Part shown: piece by piece, positions 35,109 through 44,485 of the stretch
Layout of the letters: the number at the start of each line of letters is the position of its first letter
How positions within the stretch are numbered: the first letter of the stretch is position 1
Assembly (NCBI GenBank): GCA_041304325.1
Contig: JBFYNP010000071.1
Coordinates: forward strand, 6,444-70,443
Direction: 5' to 3'
DNA: 64,000 bases
Source: Candidatus Bathyarchaeota archaeon
GTDB lineage: Archaea > Thermoproteota > Bathyarchaeia > TCS64
Position numbers and translations under genes: made by a program
The notes under the pieces: model-generated
The model's database searches: none
What the model was told of the DNA's origin: nothing
The model's input: only the letters and a program-made list of their open reading frames with translations

Positions 35109-36323
35109 TTAGATGCTATATTGGGTCTTTTCAGGCATAGTTGCTAGAACACCCAGTTTAAGGATCTGTACTACAGCGAGGAAGAATAGCACATAGACGG
35201 GACCGAAAGTGTCCCAGATGTAGCCTCCGAGGATTGGTGAAACGAGACCGACGACGCCTCTAACGAGACCCATAAGCCCATAAAATGAGCCGAGGATCTC
35301 TCGTGGAACTAGCTCTGCGGCGATAGATCCACCTGTCACGTTCGTCAGCATTAGAAAACCTGTAAGCATTCCCGCTATCGGTAGTGCAAGATCTCCAGGA
35401 AGATAGATTAGGACAAGAAGACCAAGGCTGTAGAGTGGGGCGAGGAGAATAATTAGTCGGCGACGCCCGTATCTATCAGCCGAAAAGCCTACAGGAAGCG
35501 CTAAAACTACGATAACCAGCCAATATCCGACATCCATAAGACCAAGAGTTAGTGGCGTCGCTGAACGAAACATTTTGACGTAGAGCGGGATGTATAGAGA
35601 CATGTATACAGGAAGCATTCCAAGACCCATGTAGAGGCTCCACCGTTTGATGTGGACGCCCTCAGTGAAGACACGCTGTACGCCTTCGCGGAAGCTCATA
35701 CGACTTCCCGAGGCTTGAGGTGGGTTCTTAAACTTGAGCCAGACGATGAGTAATGCAACTAGGATTCCACCTGTCGATATCCAATAGAGTGGGCGGATTC
35801 CTTCTGCAACGAGTCCACCAAAAACGGGGATTAATATTGCTGCAACGATAGGACCTGCGAGCCGAGGAAAAGCTGAGACAGTGTCACAGAACTGCATCCC
35901 CATAGATCTTTCGCTGCTATTGAGGCTAGCACCACAGATCATGGGACAGACGGTCATAGTCATCTCTATTGCGACTGTTGTAAGTACAAAGGCAAGAGCG
36001 GTTGATTGCCAGTTGGGGGCAGAAGCGAAGACTCCATAGCCAACGGCTAGCAGAAGTAATGCGAAGAGTAGAATCTTTCTGATTCCATATCGGATAGCTA
36101 GAAGCCCTACAGGTAAAGTCACGAGGGCAAACGCGATTCCACCTATTCCAGCAACATATCCTAGTTCTTGTGCGTTAGCACCCAGAGCCGTAACGTAGAT
36201 GGAGTTGTATTGTTGTGTCAGACTCATGCTGAAGTTCTGAACAAGGTTTTTCACCATATTGACTCGAAACGCAGGTTGTTGCCGCGTAAAAAATTCTACA
36301 CCTCTTTTGAGGAGCCCTGCCAT
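35109..36323 (-). CDS. MFS transporter
   Basis: 404 aa with about 12 TM segments. Loop motifs between TM2-3 and TM8-9 are AIRYGIRK and SADRYGRRR. Confidence 0.75.
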   Translation of the reverse strand: MAGLLKRGVEFFTRQQPAFRVNMVKNLVQNFSMSLTQQYNSIYVTALGANAQELGYVAGIGGIAFALVTLPVGLLAIRYGIRKILLFALLLLAVGYGVFASAPNWQSTALAFVLTTVAIEMTMTVCPMICGASLNSSERSMGMQFCDTVSAFPRLAGPIVAAILIPVFGGLVAEGIRPLYWISTGGILVALLIVWLKFKNPPQASGSRMSFREGVQRVFTEGVHIKRWSLYMGLGMLPVYMSLYIPLYVKMFRSATPLTLGLMDVGYWLVIVVLALPVGFSADRYGRRRLIILLAPLYSLGLLVLIYLPGDLALPIAGMLTGFLMLTNVTGGSIAAELVPREILGSFYGLMGLVRGVVGLVSPILGGYIWDTFGPVYVLFFLAVVQILKLGVLATMPEKTQYSI

Positions 36324-36409
36324 ACCCCTAGGCGTGCATCAACCCATTTAAATGTGCTATAATCAACTGACTTCAAATGTTTATACATAACACCACTGAT
36401 ATTTGAGAT

Positions 36410-36865
36410 ATGCTCGTAGAAGAGAAACTTAAGAAACTAGGACTGGAACTTCCCCCTGCGCCTAATTATAAGGGGAACTACATCGGGGCTAAAGTCTCCT
36501 CCGACAGGATTGTCTTCGTGTGCGGCCAGGGACCTTTCGCCACCACAAAAAATGGGATGGTTGGAAAGGAGGTCACAGTTGAGGAAGGATACAAAGCAGC
36601 TCAAGAGACCTGCCTTAACAGCCTCGCACAGCTCAAGCGACAGATCGGTGATCTAGATAAGGTGAAACAGGTTCTGCAGGTCATCGGGATGGTAAATAGT
36701 GCTGAAGGCTTTTTTGACCAGCCGAAGGTTTTGAATGGTTTCACTGATCTTCTTGTCGAGATCTTTGGAGATCCAGCGGGTAAACCAGCTCGTGCTGCGC
36801 TTCCCGCACATTTCCCTGGCTGGATAATAGTAGAAGCGTGGATGACGCTCGAGCTTAAGAGTTAA
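36410..36865 (+). CDS. RidA/YjgF/TdcF-family (endoribonuclease L-PSP fold) protein
   Basis: The length (151 aa) and the pattern VFVCGQGP...EGYKAAQETCLNSLAQLK...ARAALPA...VEAWM are typical of the family. Confidence 0.7.
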   Translation: MLVEEKLKKLGLELPPAPNYKGNYIGAKVSSDRIVFVCGQGPFATTKNGMVGKEVTVEEGYKAAQETCLNSLAQLKRQIGDLDKVKQVLQVIGMVNSAEGFFDQPKVLNGFTDLLVEIFGDPAGKPARAALPAHFPGWIIVEAWMTLELKS

Positions 36866-37292
36866 CTCGACTCTTCTCATCTTTTATCCTATTGCTGAGA
36901 TGACCTAACTCCAACTCAGCGTCATTACTCAACTCGCGGAGAACACCTACTCTCCACGTGATCCTGGCATCTATATAGGAATCTATATCCTGAAAATCGT
37001 CTCGAAGAGGACAGTTTATCGTCGCTGATGACGATCCACCCATCCAAGCATTAAGTTCGCGGTGAAATACTTCATCAAGTTCATCCTCACTCTCAGCTTT
37101 CTCAATCACCGTTCTGAGTCTTCTCCGGCAGTCCTCGCAGGAAGCGATATGCTCTAGAACCCGCTTCTCGGATTCAAGGCTAACAAGAAAACCAACGTAC
37201 TCACTCTCCACCGCGAGAAGCCAAAGAGGTTCACAGTTCTCTGCTGCGGAGGTGACCTTGCTTCGGATACCGTAGCCGGATGACTTTGACAT
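36855..37292 (-). CDS. Hypothetical protein
   Basis: 145 aa, acidic, with one CxxC (CEDCRRRL). No family was recognised. Confidence 0.3.
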   Translation of the reverse strand: MSKSSGYGIRSKVTSAAENCEPLWLLAVESEYVGFLVSLESEKRVLEHIASCEDCRRRLRTVIEKAESEDELDEVFHRELNAWMGGSSSATINCPLRDDFQDIDSYIDARITWRVGVLRELSNDAELELGHLSNRIKDEKSRVNS

Positions 37293-37377
37293 CTCCGAAA
37301 AGCGGGTATCGCTTAGATAAAACTGTAGTCCTATCGATGGTTCTAAAAACTATATGGCATACTATTCTTTGATCTGA

Positions 37378-37635
37378 ATGAGCGATGAGGTAAGGTTACT
37401 AATAACGGATTGTAAAAACTCGTTGGAGAACTATAGAATGTATGGTGACGCGGTTGATGATGGTTTAAAGCAACTGGATAAGCTCGATGAACTTGTTTCC
37501 GTCGGTAAGATAACTGAAGCTTACAACCTAACATTAGAACTCTCAAATATGATAGCCCCTTATAGGCCATACATCGCCGACGTTGCTGATAGAGCTGATG
37601 CAATAAAGGCGAAGCTTGAGGAAATGAAGAGCTAA
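37378..37635 (+). CDS. Hypothetical small helical protein
   Basis: 85 aa with amphipathic-helix-like composition. It is preferred over the overlapping minus-strand ORF 37343..37603, which is Arg/His/Tyr-rich and low complexity. Confidence 0.3.
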   Translation: MSDEVRLLITDCKNSLENYRMYGDAVDDGLKQLDKLDELVSVGKITEAYNLTLELSNMIAPYRPYIADVADRADAIKAKLEEMKS

Positions 37636-37937
37636 CGCTTTTGGATAGCGTTCGCGAGTATCGCGATAGCCATGACTATTAAAAGCCAGGGCCATAATTT
37701 GTCGAAGCTCGCCCATGGATAGGTGTCTCCGATGAGTTGGGATACCCCTAAGATGAGGATGAATAATCCGATTATAACGCCTCCCATGTAGCTTCTTCCG
37801 AAGCAGGCATCGTCATCCCAGCTTCGACGGTAATTACGGGTCTCACGGTATGGTGGAGGGTTCATTGACGCTCCGCATTTACTACAGGTGGCTGAATTCT
37901 CAGGGTTCTCAGCTCCACATTTGGTGCAGTAGACCAT
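37632..37937 (-). CDS. Zinc-ribbon membrane protein
   Basis: The N-terminal zinc ribbon is YCTKCGAENP...CSKCGASM, followed by two hydrophobic segments. Confidence 0.5.
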   Translation of the reverse strand: MVYCTKCGAENPENSATCSKCGASMNPPPYRETRNYRRSWDDDACFGRSYMGGVIIGLFILILGVSQLIGDTYPWASFDKLWPWLLIVMAIAILANAIQKR

Positions 37938-38009
37938 GAATTTTCACTGATACTAGTTAGTTGTTCAATTATAGAAGTTTTATGCTTGTTAATTTTTACT
38001 TTGTAGGTA

Positions 38010-39209
38010 TTATTCGATTGGACATGGCTGAGTTATACACTGCGCGCAAAGGCGTTCATGGTCGATATCAGACAAAGCGATTCTTGAGTCGATCCAGTAT
38101 AAACTTAAGGCAATAATGAGCAGGTCTAGGGTGAATCCTCCGTTTAGTAGTCTTGCACCTATGCGAAGTAGCGCTACACCTGCTACTAAGGCAATGTTGA
38201 GAGTTGCGTGGAGGCGAGGGTCATCAAAGTCGATGAGGTGCTGGATGATACCTGACGCTACTAGTAAAAAGCCGACCCAGAAGGTCTGCGTTACAAACCC
38301 CCATTCGTAAAAAGTTGCAATAAATGTGATAGAAATCGCTGCAATGGACCCGAGAGTTAAGCCCGCGCAGCCCGCGCATATTGAGCCTATTGGCGTTTTT
38401 AGAGTATGGCTATTATAGGTGGAGCAGGGGGGATGATGACCTATGAAACCTCTGGTGCTTTCTCCGAGTTTTCTCCCGGAGTTGTGAAGGAAGCGAAGTT
38501 TTTCAGGGTAGACCCCAGCGATGCCGCCAACAACGCAGATAAAGATGAAGACGGCGTCGGTTAGCCATTGAAACGCTGAGGGCTCGGAGGGGGAATAATA
38601 GGTTAGAAACGCTGTAGCCCAGAGGCCAAATAAGGAAATGGCTAGAATTGAGAAGCGCGGATCATTTTGAGAAACCTCCCTAAGCCACCTGTATATTTCC
38701 CTAAAGCGAGGGAGAATGAAAGGTGTTCTTTTTTTGTATTCTGTATATTCTGAGCCGAATCTTTTCGTGAGGTTTGGTTCTTCTCTGAGCTTTAATATAA
38801 TGAAGTTCAAAGCGATTACGATTATAGGTACGGTGATCGCCATCCCTGGTGATTGAAATAGGATGCCCATACCGAGAGGGAGGAGGCTATAGCCGAGAAC
38901 CATAGGGTTCTTGGTGTAAGAATAGAGCCCTGTGGTAACAAGTTTACTCGACGCGTCGTCTCGTAATGCCTCTCCCCAAGGGAGGCCTCCGCCGATTTGG
39001 TAAAGTAGCCGTGTAGCTTTGACTCCTACCGCTACCCCTGTGACTAGTATAGGTAGACCGATGAGAACGTTCAGAGGGAGTTTCGGTATTTGGGGGAAGC
39101 TGCAAACTGTGTCGATCCATTTACCGAAGAAATATGTGAGTATTGGCGCTATTATGAATATTGCAGCGTATCCTGTGAGGCGACTTCGTTTTATCCCGGG
39201 TTTCATCAC
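38010..39209 (-). CDS. Fusion membrane protein: N-terminal ICMT/PEMT-type membrane methyltransferase plus C-terminal DUF2085-like Cys-motif membrane domain
   Basis: The ICMT-type signature is LVTTGLYSYTKNPMVLGY...LREEPNLTKRFGSEYTEYKKRTPFILP. The C-terminal half has HHPPCSTY...GSICAGCAG followed by 4 TM segments, as in DUF2085. Confidence 0.5.
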   Translation of the reverse strand: MMKPGIKRSRLTGYAAIFIIAPILTYFFGKWIDTVCSFPQIPKLPLNVLIGLPILVTGVAVGVKATRLLYQIGGGLPWGEALRDDASSKLVTTGLYSYTKNPMVLGYSLLPLGMGILFQSPGMAITVPIIVIALNFIILKLREEPNLTKRFGSEYTEYKKRTPFILPRFREIYRWLREVSQNDPRFSILAISLFGLWATAFLTYYSPSEPSAFQWLTDAVFIFICVVGGIAGVYPEKLRFLHNSGRKLGESTRGFIGHHPPCSTYNSHTLKTPIGSICAGCAGLTLGSIAAISITFIATFYEWGFVTQTFWVGFLLVASGIIQHLIDFDDPRLHATLNIALVAGVALLRIGARLLNGGFTLDLLIIALSLYWIDSRIALSDIDHERLCAQCITQPCPIE

Positions 39210-39218
39210 TTGTTTCTC

Positions 39219-40643
39219 CTAGAAGAGGTTTCGAAGCCCTGTTGTGATGGCTTTTTGAGCCAGGTAAAGGTATGTTCGACGTGTGAAAGGGTTCTTGGAG
39301 CCGATTCCACGGTACCGCCGTGGCCAGCTCCCGAAGAAGTCATCATAGCAGCGGTGAACTTCCTCCTGAACTTGAAGTCGGGATAGATGCTCCGTAGGCA
39401 TCACAGCGTGGATCATGTCGTAGTTAGCCCAATTCTCGTCTTCTATCCAGCCGTTTTGCTTCGCCTCCAAGTATACTTCTGTTCCGGGGAAAGGAGTGAG
39501 AGCCATAAACGTCGCTATGTCCGGGTCAAGCCAGTCCGCGTACTTCCTGAGCGCCTCCACGGATTCCCTGCTGTCGCTTCGATGACCAATAATGAAGGTA
39601 CCCTGACTGAATATTTCGTTCTGTCGTAGGAGGTCCACAGCTTTTTTGGCAATATCTGGGTTCACGCCGTAGCGTCTGAAGCTATCTAGCACCTCCGGTG
39701 AAGGATTATCGAAGCCCACGAGCATCCAGACACACCCCGCTTCTCGAAGAAGCGGGAGAATATCGGCGTGAGCGACAATGTCGTCACAGCGTGCCTGACA
39801 GAACCATTGAACGTTGATAGCTCTCTCTTTTATTCCACGGCATATCTCCTCGGTTCTAGATCCGAGACTGAAATAATCGTCTGTAAACCAGAAAAAACGG
39901 CTCCCATACGTGCGATTAAGGTTTTCTATCTCATCTAGAATTAGCTTCGGCGATTTGACTCGCTGAGTCTGCCTCCAGAAGGGTGATTGGCTGCAATAGG
40001 CGCAATTATGGCTGCACCCACGGCTCCCCTCGATGATGGCGAATGGGGTTTCTTTCTCAGCCATCAATGCGAAGTAGTAGCCCTTCATGTGTCTCTCAAC
40101 AAGGTGATATGCGGGTGACGGTAACGTATCGAGGTCGCAGATTAAAGCCCCGTCAGGGTTATGAATTATTTCAGTTTGTTTGCGATACGTAATTCCAAGC
40201 ACTGAGATTGGGTCTCCCCTAGTTTTAAGGACATTGACAAGCTCTGTGAAAGTCACCTCACCCTCACCTCGCACGATGAAGTCAACTTCAGGGTAGCTTC
40301 GGAGAGTCTCTTCCGATAGGGCTGTGAAGTGCTGTCCACCGACCACTGTACATATTGACGGGTTGATCCTCTTTGCGAGTTGGCAAACACGAATAGCATG
40401 GAAAGCGTTCGCGGTACTGAGACCACTTGGGGCAACTATATCCGGAGCTGCTTTTACGATCCTGGCTTCGAGTCTAGTCCAATCGAGACCTTCAGATTGA
40501 CTATCAATAACCTCAACATCTATCTCAGGATTCTCCCGAAGAAGATATCCTGCGAGGGCTAGGACACCAAAAGGGGGAGGAATGTACTCACCCATTACGA
40601 ACCAGAAGTCCTTCGGAGGCTCAACGAATAGGACCTTCAACAC
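39219..40643 (-). CDS. Class B (B12-binding domain) radical SAM enzyme
   Basis: The N-terminal Rossmann/B12-like region is KVLFVEPP...APSGLSTANA...VVGGQH. The radical SAM cluster motif is GSRGCSHNCAYCSQ (CxxxCxxC). Confidence 0.85.
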   Translation of the reverse strand: MLKVLFVEPPKDFWFVMGEYIPPPFGVLALAGYLLRENPEIDVEVIDSQSEGLDWTRLEARIVKAAPDIVAPSGLSTANAFHAIRVCQLAKRINPSICTVVGGQHFTALSEETLRSYPEVDFIVRGEGEVTFTELVNVLKTRGDPISVLGITYRKQTEIIHNPDGALICDLDTLPSPAYHLVERHMKGYYFALMAEKETPFAIIEGSRGCSHNCAYCSQSPFWRQTQRVKSPKLILDEIENLNRTYGSRFFWFTDDYFSLGSRTEEICRGIKERAINVQWFCQARCDDIVAHADILPLLREAGCVWMLVGFDNPSPEVLDSFRRYGVNPDIAKKAVDLLRQNEIFSQGTFIIGHRSDSRESVEALRKYADWLDPDIATFMALTPFPGTEVYLEAKQNGWIEDENWANYDMIHAVMPTEHLSRLQVQEEVHRCYDDFFGSWPRRYRGIGSKNPFTRRTYLYLAQKAITTGLRNLF

Positions 40644-40798
40644 ATCTCATATGAGATCTAGCGTTTCAGGTTATCAAGATTCTCGCCGCGCGTGCGGAGA
40701 AGGCCGGGTGCAGCTAGTAGGTCCCAAGGAATGTTGTAGATGAGACGCTCGCACGAAGTTTAGATATCTTCTTAACTTGTAATAAAACATAGATAATA

Positions 40799-43105
40799 AT
40801 GCAGAATTTTATTTCTTTTACGAGAAACGAAAAATATTCTAAGATGCCGATGTATAAATCAAAATATGTTGTTGAATTATCAAAAACTAAGAAAAATTAT
40901 TCTGGAAACAAGGCTTGGAATCTTCATTTTTTAGAAAAAAATGGATTTAGAATTCCGTTAACTTATGTGCTTGAGCAGTACGTCTATGAAGATTATCTCA
41001 GAGAACCAAAAGGTACTATGCAGAAAATTGAGGAAGAAATTGACGATTTACTATCAATGAATAAGAAATATGCGCTTAGGTCCTCTACAAATATCGAGGA
41101 TTCTAGTGGTTACTCTTATGCTGGACAATTCTTAACTGTGCTTAACGTGAAAAATAAACCCGATATAATTAAATCCATAATTGATATTTGGAATTCTTCG
41201 AATCAGGGAAAAATAGTTGATTATAATAAAAATGTGAATAATATTAAAAGTTCTGTTAAATCCTCCGTCATTATTCAGGAAATGGTTGAATCCAAATTTT
41301 CCGGTGCAGTATTTACGAAAAACCCTATCACTGGTTTTGATGAAATAATTATTGAGTCAGTTAAAGGATTCGGAACTTCTCTGGTCCAGGATGGTTTGAC
41401 CCCTCAGAGATGGGTTAGAAAATGGGGAACTTGGAGAGAAAAACCTGATTTTCCTTTTATTGATGATAAAATACTGGTAGATATCGCTTTAGAGTCTAAA
41501 AAGATCCAGAAGAAATATGGTAAGCCTATCGATCTTGAGTGGGCTTTCGATGGAAAGAATCTGTTTTGGTTACAGCTTAGGGAAATTACTACCTTAAAAA
41601 AGATCAAACTATATTCTAATCGGATGGCTCGAGAAATGATCCCGGGTATCATTCTTCCTTTAGTTTGGTCAATTAATATTCCAACTATCTCTAGGGCTTG
41701 GAAAATTATCCTCAAAGATCTTTTTGGAGATTCCGTAAGTAATCTCAATTTTATGAATTTGGCTAAATCTTTCTACTGCAGAGCCTACTTTAATATGGGT
41801 CTCTTCGGTGATCTTTTTAGTATTCTTGGGATGCCCCGGGAATCACTTGAGCTAATGTTGGGTTTGGAAGTCATTGGAAGTGAGAAGCCGATGTTTTCTC
41901 CCTCCGCGAGGACCTTAAGGTATTTTCCTAGGATAATGTCTTTTTCATTTGGGATCACTTTACTACCTTACAGAATTAATAATTACATTGCCGAACATAA
42001 AAGATTTTTATATAAGATGCAAAAAATTGATTTAAATAAATTATGTTATTCAGATTCAATTAATTTGATAAATAGTATTATAGAGATGGGTGTTAAGTCG
42101 TCATATATCGTTGTTATTTCACAATTGATGCATTCTATGTTTCAGATGATGAGTAAAAGTAAAAAAATGTATGGTGTAAATTATTATGATAGTAACTTTA
42201 GGTTAAATGAGCTTAGCATAATATACTTAACATTGTCTCATGAAGAAAAACAGTGTTTAGAAAACTTAGCAACGCCGTCAGTTCACCCCCAAGGTGACTC
42301 ACTGCAGAAATTTATGAAAAAATATCATTTATTTTTAAGGGATTTTGGGCATTACAGCGAACATTCAAACGATATGTCTTACTTAACTTGGAGGGAAAAC
42401 CCGAATCAGATCATTGATTTAGTAAAAAACTATAACTCAACTATAAAATCAACTTTTCAGAACAGAAATTCTTCAAGTATCGTAGACATATATAAGCAAT
42501 ATAGAGAAAATGTGACTTATTTATACACGAAAAATTACAGTTATTTTAGACCAATTTTCCTCCATTTATCAAATATGTTTGTTAAAGAAAATATTTTGCA
42601 GGAGGTTAACGATATTTTCTATTTATCCTACGATGAAATAAAAGACGTTGTCAAGTATAAAGAAAGCGACCGAGTAAAATTTTTGGTTGAGAAAAGGAAA
42701 AAAGAGGTAGAATCAGTTAAGGGTATAGATCCTCCTGAGTTAATATTCAGCGATAAACAACCTCAAATAAGGGTTTTTTCTGAGAGACAGAAAACGCTTA
42801 AAGGTTTGGCTGTCTCGAGTGGAAAGTTTTATGGAACGGCTAGAATTGTGAAAACTATCGCAGAGGCTAATAATGTGTGTGAGGGAGATATCATCGTTAT
42901 ACCATACTCGGATGTTTCCTGGACTTCAATATTCACAAAAGTAGGAGGAATCATATCTGAATCTGGTGGGATGCTTTCACATAGCGCAATAATCGCCCGC
43001 GAGCTGAATATACCAGCTGTTGTAGCCGTAAGAAACGCCATGAAGATAGAAGAAGGGGCGACTTTGCTGCTTGATGGAGATCTAGGGGAAGTAATAATAG
43101 AGTAA
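40799..43105 (+). CDS. PEP-utilising-family phosphotransferase with rifampin-phosphotransferase-like architecture (ATP-grasp N domain, large central domain, C-terminal swivelling His domain)
   Basis: The N-terminal PPDK_N-like motifs are GNKAWNLHFLEKNGFRIP, ALRSSTNIEDSSGYSYAGQF, SVIIQEMV and IDLEWAF. The C-terminal mobile domain is GDIIVIPYSDVSWTSIF...GGIISESGGMLSHSAIIARELNIPAV. No PEP/pyruvate TIM-barrel domain follows. The gene is very AT-rich. Confidence 0.75.
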   Translation: MQNFISFTRNEKYSKMPMYKSKYVVELSKTKKNYSGNKAWNLHFLEKNGFRIPLTYVLEQYVYEDYLREPKGTMQKIEEEIDDLLSMNKKYALRSSTNIEDSSGYSYAGQFLTVLNVKNKPDIIKSIIDIWNSSNQGKIVDYNKNVNNIKSSVKSSVIIQEMVESKFSGAVFTKNPITGFDEIIIESVKGFGTSLVQDGLTPQRWVRKWGTWREKPDFPFIDDKILVDIALESKKIQKKYGKPIDLEWAFDGKNLFWLQLREITTLKKIKLYSNRMAREMIPGIILPLVWSINIPTISRAWKIILKDLFGDSVSNLNFMNLAKSFYCRAYFNMGLFGDLFSILGMPRESLELMLGLEVIGSEKPMFSPSARTLRYFPRIMSFSFGITLLPYRINNYIAEHKRFLYKMQKIDLNKLCYSDSINLINSIIEMGVKSSYIVVISQLMHSMFQMMSKSKKMYGVNYYDSNFRLNELSIIYLTLSHEEKQCLENLATPSVHPQGDSLQKFMKKYHLFLRDFGHYSEHSNDMSYLTWRENPNQIIDLVKNYNSTIKSTFQNRNSSSIVDIYKQYRENVTYLYTKNYSYFRPIFLHLSNMFVKENILQEVNDIFYLSYDEIKDVVKYKESDRVKFLVEKRKKEVESVKGIDPPELIFSDKQPQIRVFSERQKTLKGLAVSSGKFYGTARIVKTIAEANNVCEGDIIVIPYSDVSWTSIFTKVGGIISESGGMLSHSAIIARELNIPAVVAVRNAMKIEEGATLLLDGDLGEVIIE

Positions 43106-43759
43106 GTGATCAATATGAAAGTTTCACGTAGATTATGGGCTGTAATGATTGGCTATACACTATGGATGATTCTATTTACTATCGCATGCTCCCCGTTGGG
43201 ATTTAAACTACTAAAATATGAGGAAATGGGTTTCATCACAGATACAGCGTTTTTCGGGGCAATAATTGGATTATTCACAGCGATTTTGATAGGATTAGGT
43301 GAGTTACTGCCGATTCCACTTAGGAAAATGATGTACAAAGACGTCAAAACTACCCAACAATTCAAAGATATGTGGAAAGTCCAGATGATAGGTGGTTACG
43401 ATGGATTCATCGCTGAGCCACACTGGAGTGGAGCAATTCTACCATTATCATTGAAAATGCTAAATTCCTTCAATATTACTTATCCTTTGGCGATTATTCT
43501 TGCGATTATTATAAGATGGCTACTTCATTGTGTTTCGCATTATATGTTTCCAAGCGTAGAGCACGGTCATAGAGCATTCGGAGAAATGCTCTTCACAATG
43601 ATTGGATTGCTATTTTTTGATATAGTTCTTTCTGCAGCATTTTTAATCAGCGGTAACATCTTAGCCCCAATTATTATTCATACTTTTATGCAGCCGTTCG
43701 CAGAGCTATTTGGAGTAAAAAAGAAGTTAGCGAAAGAACTGGGAATAGAGTTAACATGA
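43106..43759 (+). CDS. Polytopic membrane protein, possibly a degenerate CPBP (CAAX protease / bacteriocin-immunity Abi) family member
   Basis: 217 aa with about 6 TM segments. AEPHWSG lies where CPBP has EExxxRG, WLLHCVSH where FxxxH is expected, and IIIHTFMQ where HxxxN/D is expected. It starts directly after the upstream stop codon. Confidence 0.35.
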   Translation: MINMKVSRRLWAVMIGYTLWMILFTIACSPLGFKLLKYEEMGFITDTAFFGAIIGLFTAILIGLGELLPIPLRKMMYKDVKTTQQFKDMWKVQMIGGYDGFIAEPHWSGAILPLSLKMLNSFNITYPLAIILAIIIRWLLHCVSHYMFPSVEHGHRAFGEMLFTMIGLLFFDIVLSAAFLISGNILAPIIIHTFMQPFAELFGVKKKLAKELGIELT

Positions 43760-43780
43760 CTTGAAGGAGGTGTCGCTGAC

Positions 43781-44485
43781 ATGAAAAATAGTCAAAATAG
43801 CGTGATAAAAACTGTGGATCTCCAAAAAATATATAGTCTCGGTAAGATCGATTTTCCAGCTCTCAAAGGAGTAAACATAGATATCAAGCAAGGAGAATTC
43901 GTTGCAATCGTCGGACCTTCAGGTAGCGGAAAATCGACACTTCTAAACCTTTTTGGAGCACTAGATAGACCGACTAAAGGAAGTGTCTTCATAGATGGTA
44001 TTGATATCTCAAAACTAGGTGAAAATGATCTAGCTGATGTTCGGAACAAGAAAATGGGGTTTGTTTTTCAGACATTCAACCTATTATTGTATCTTAACTC
44101 ACTTCAGAATATTGAGGTCCCACTCGTTGCAGCGAACATCCCTAGCCTAGAGAGGCTTAGGAAGGCTTCTGAAACCCTTGAGAGAGTTGGTCTAAAAGGA
44201 TATGAGAGAAATAGGCCTACCGAGTTAAGCGGAGGGCAACAGCAGAGAGTTGCCGTAGCAAGGGCTTTGGTTAATGATCCAAAAATAATCTTAGCTGATG
44301 AACCAACGGGTAATCTTGACTCAGAATCATCGAGAAATCTAATTGAGGTTTTTCATAAATTAAACTCGGAAAGCGGTGTAACTATAATCATGGTTACACA
44401 TAATTTGGATTTAACTAATTATTGTAACAGAGTGATAATGGTTAGAGATGGGTTAATCGAGAAGGAGGTATACAAAAATGCGTAA
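43781..44485 (+). CDS. ABC transporter ATP-binding protein, MacB/LolD-type
   Basis: Walker A is GPSGSGKST, the Q-loop FVFQTFNL, the signature [15 protein letters not shown], Walker [12 protein letters not shown] and the H-loop VTHN. Confidence 0.9.
   Translation: MKNSQNSVIKTVDLQKIYSLGKIDFPALKGVNIDIKQGEFVAIVGPSGSGKSTLLNLFGALDRPTKGSVFIDGIDISKLGENDLADVRNKKMGFVFQTFNLLLYLNSLQNIEVPLVAANIPSLERLRKASETLERVGLKGYERNRPTELSGGQQQRVAVARALVNDPKIILADEPTGNLDSESSRNLIEVFHKLNSESGVTIIMVTHNLDLTNYCNRVIMVRDGLIEKEVYKNA

Noticed and set aside
37343-37603. 86-aa minus-strand ORF overlapping 37378..37635 (+).
   Set aside because: It has an Arg/His/Tyr/Leu-rich composition that looks non-protein-like, whereas the + strand product is a plausible amphipathic helical protein. 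Neither has homology support, so even the + call has low confidence.
39219-40643. Considered this radical SAM gene as the missing NrdG activase.
   Set aside because: It is 474 aa with an N-terminal B12-binding-like domain (class B). It is on the opposite strand, 8.5 kb from nrdD. NrdG activases are small (about 150-250 aa) and lack that domain.
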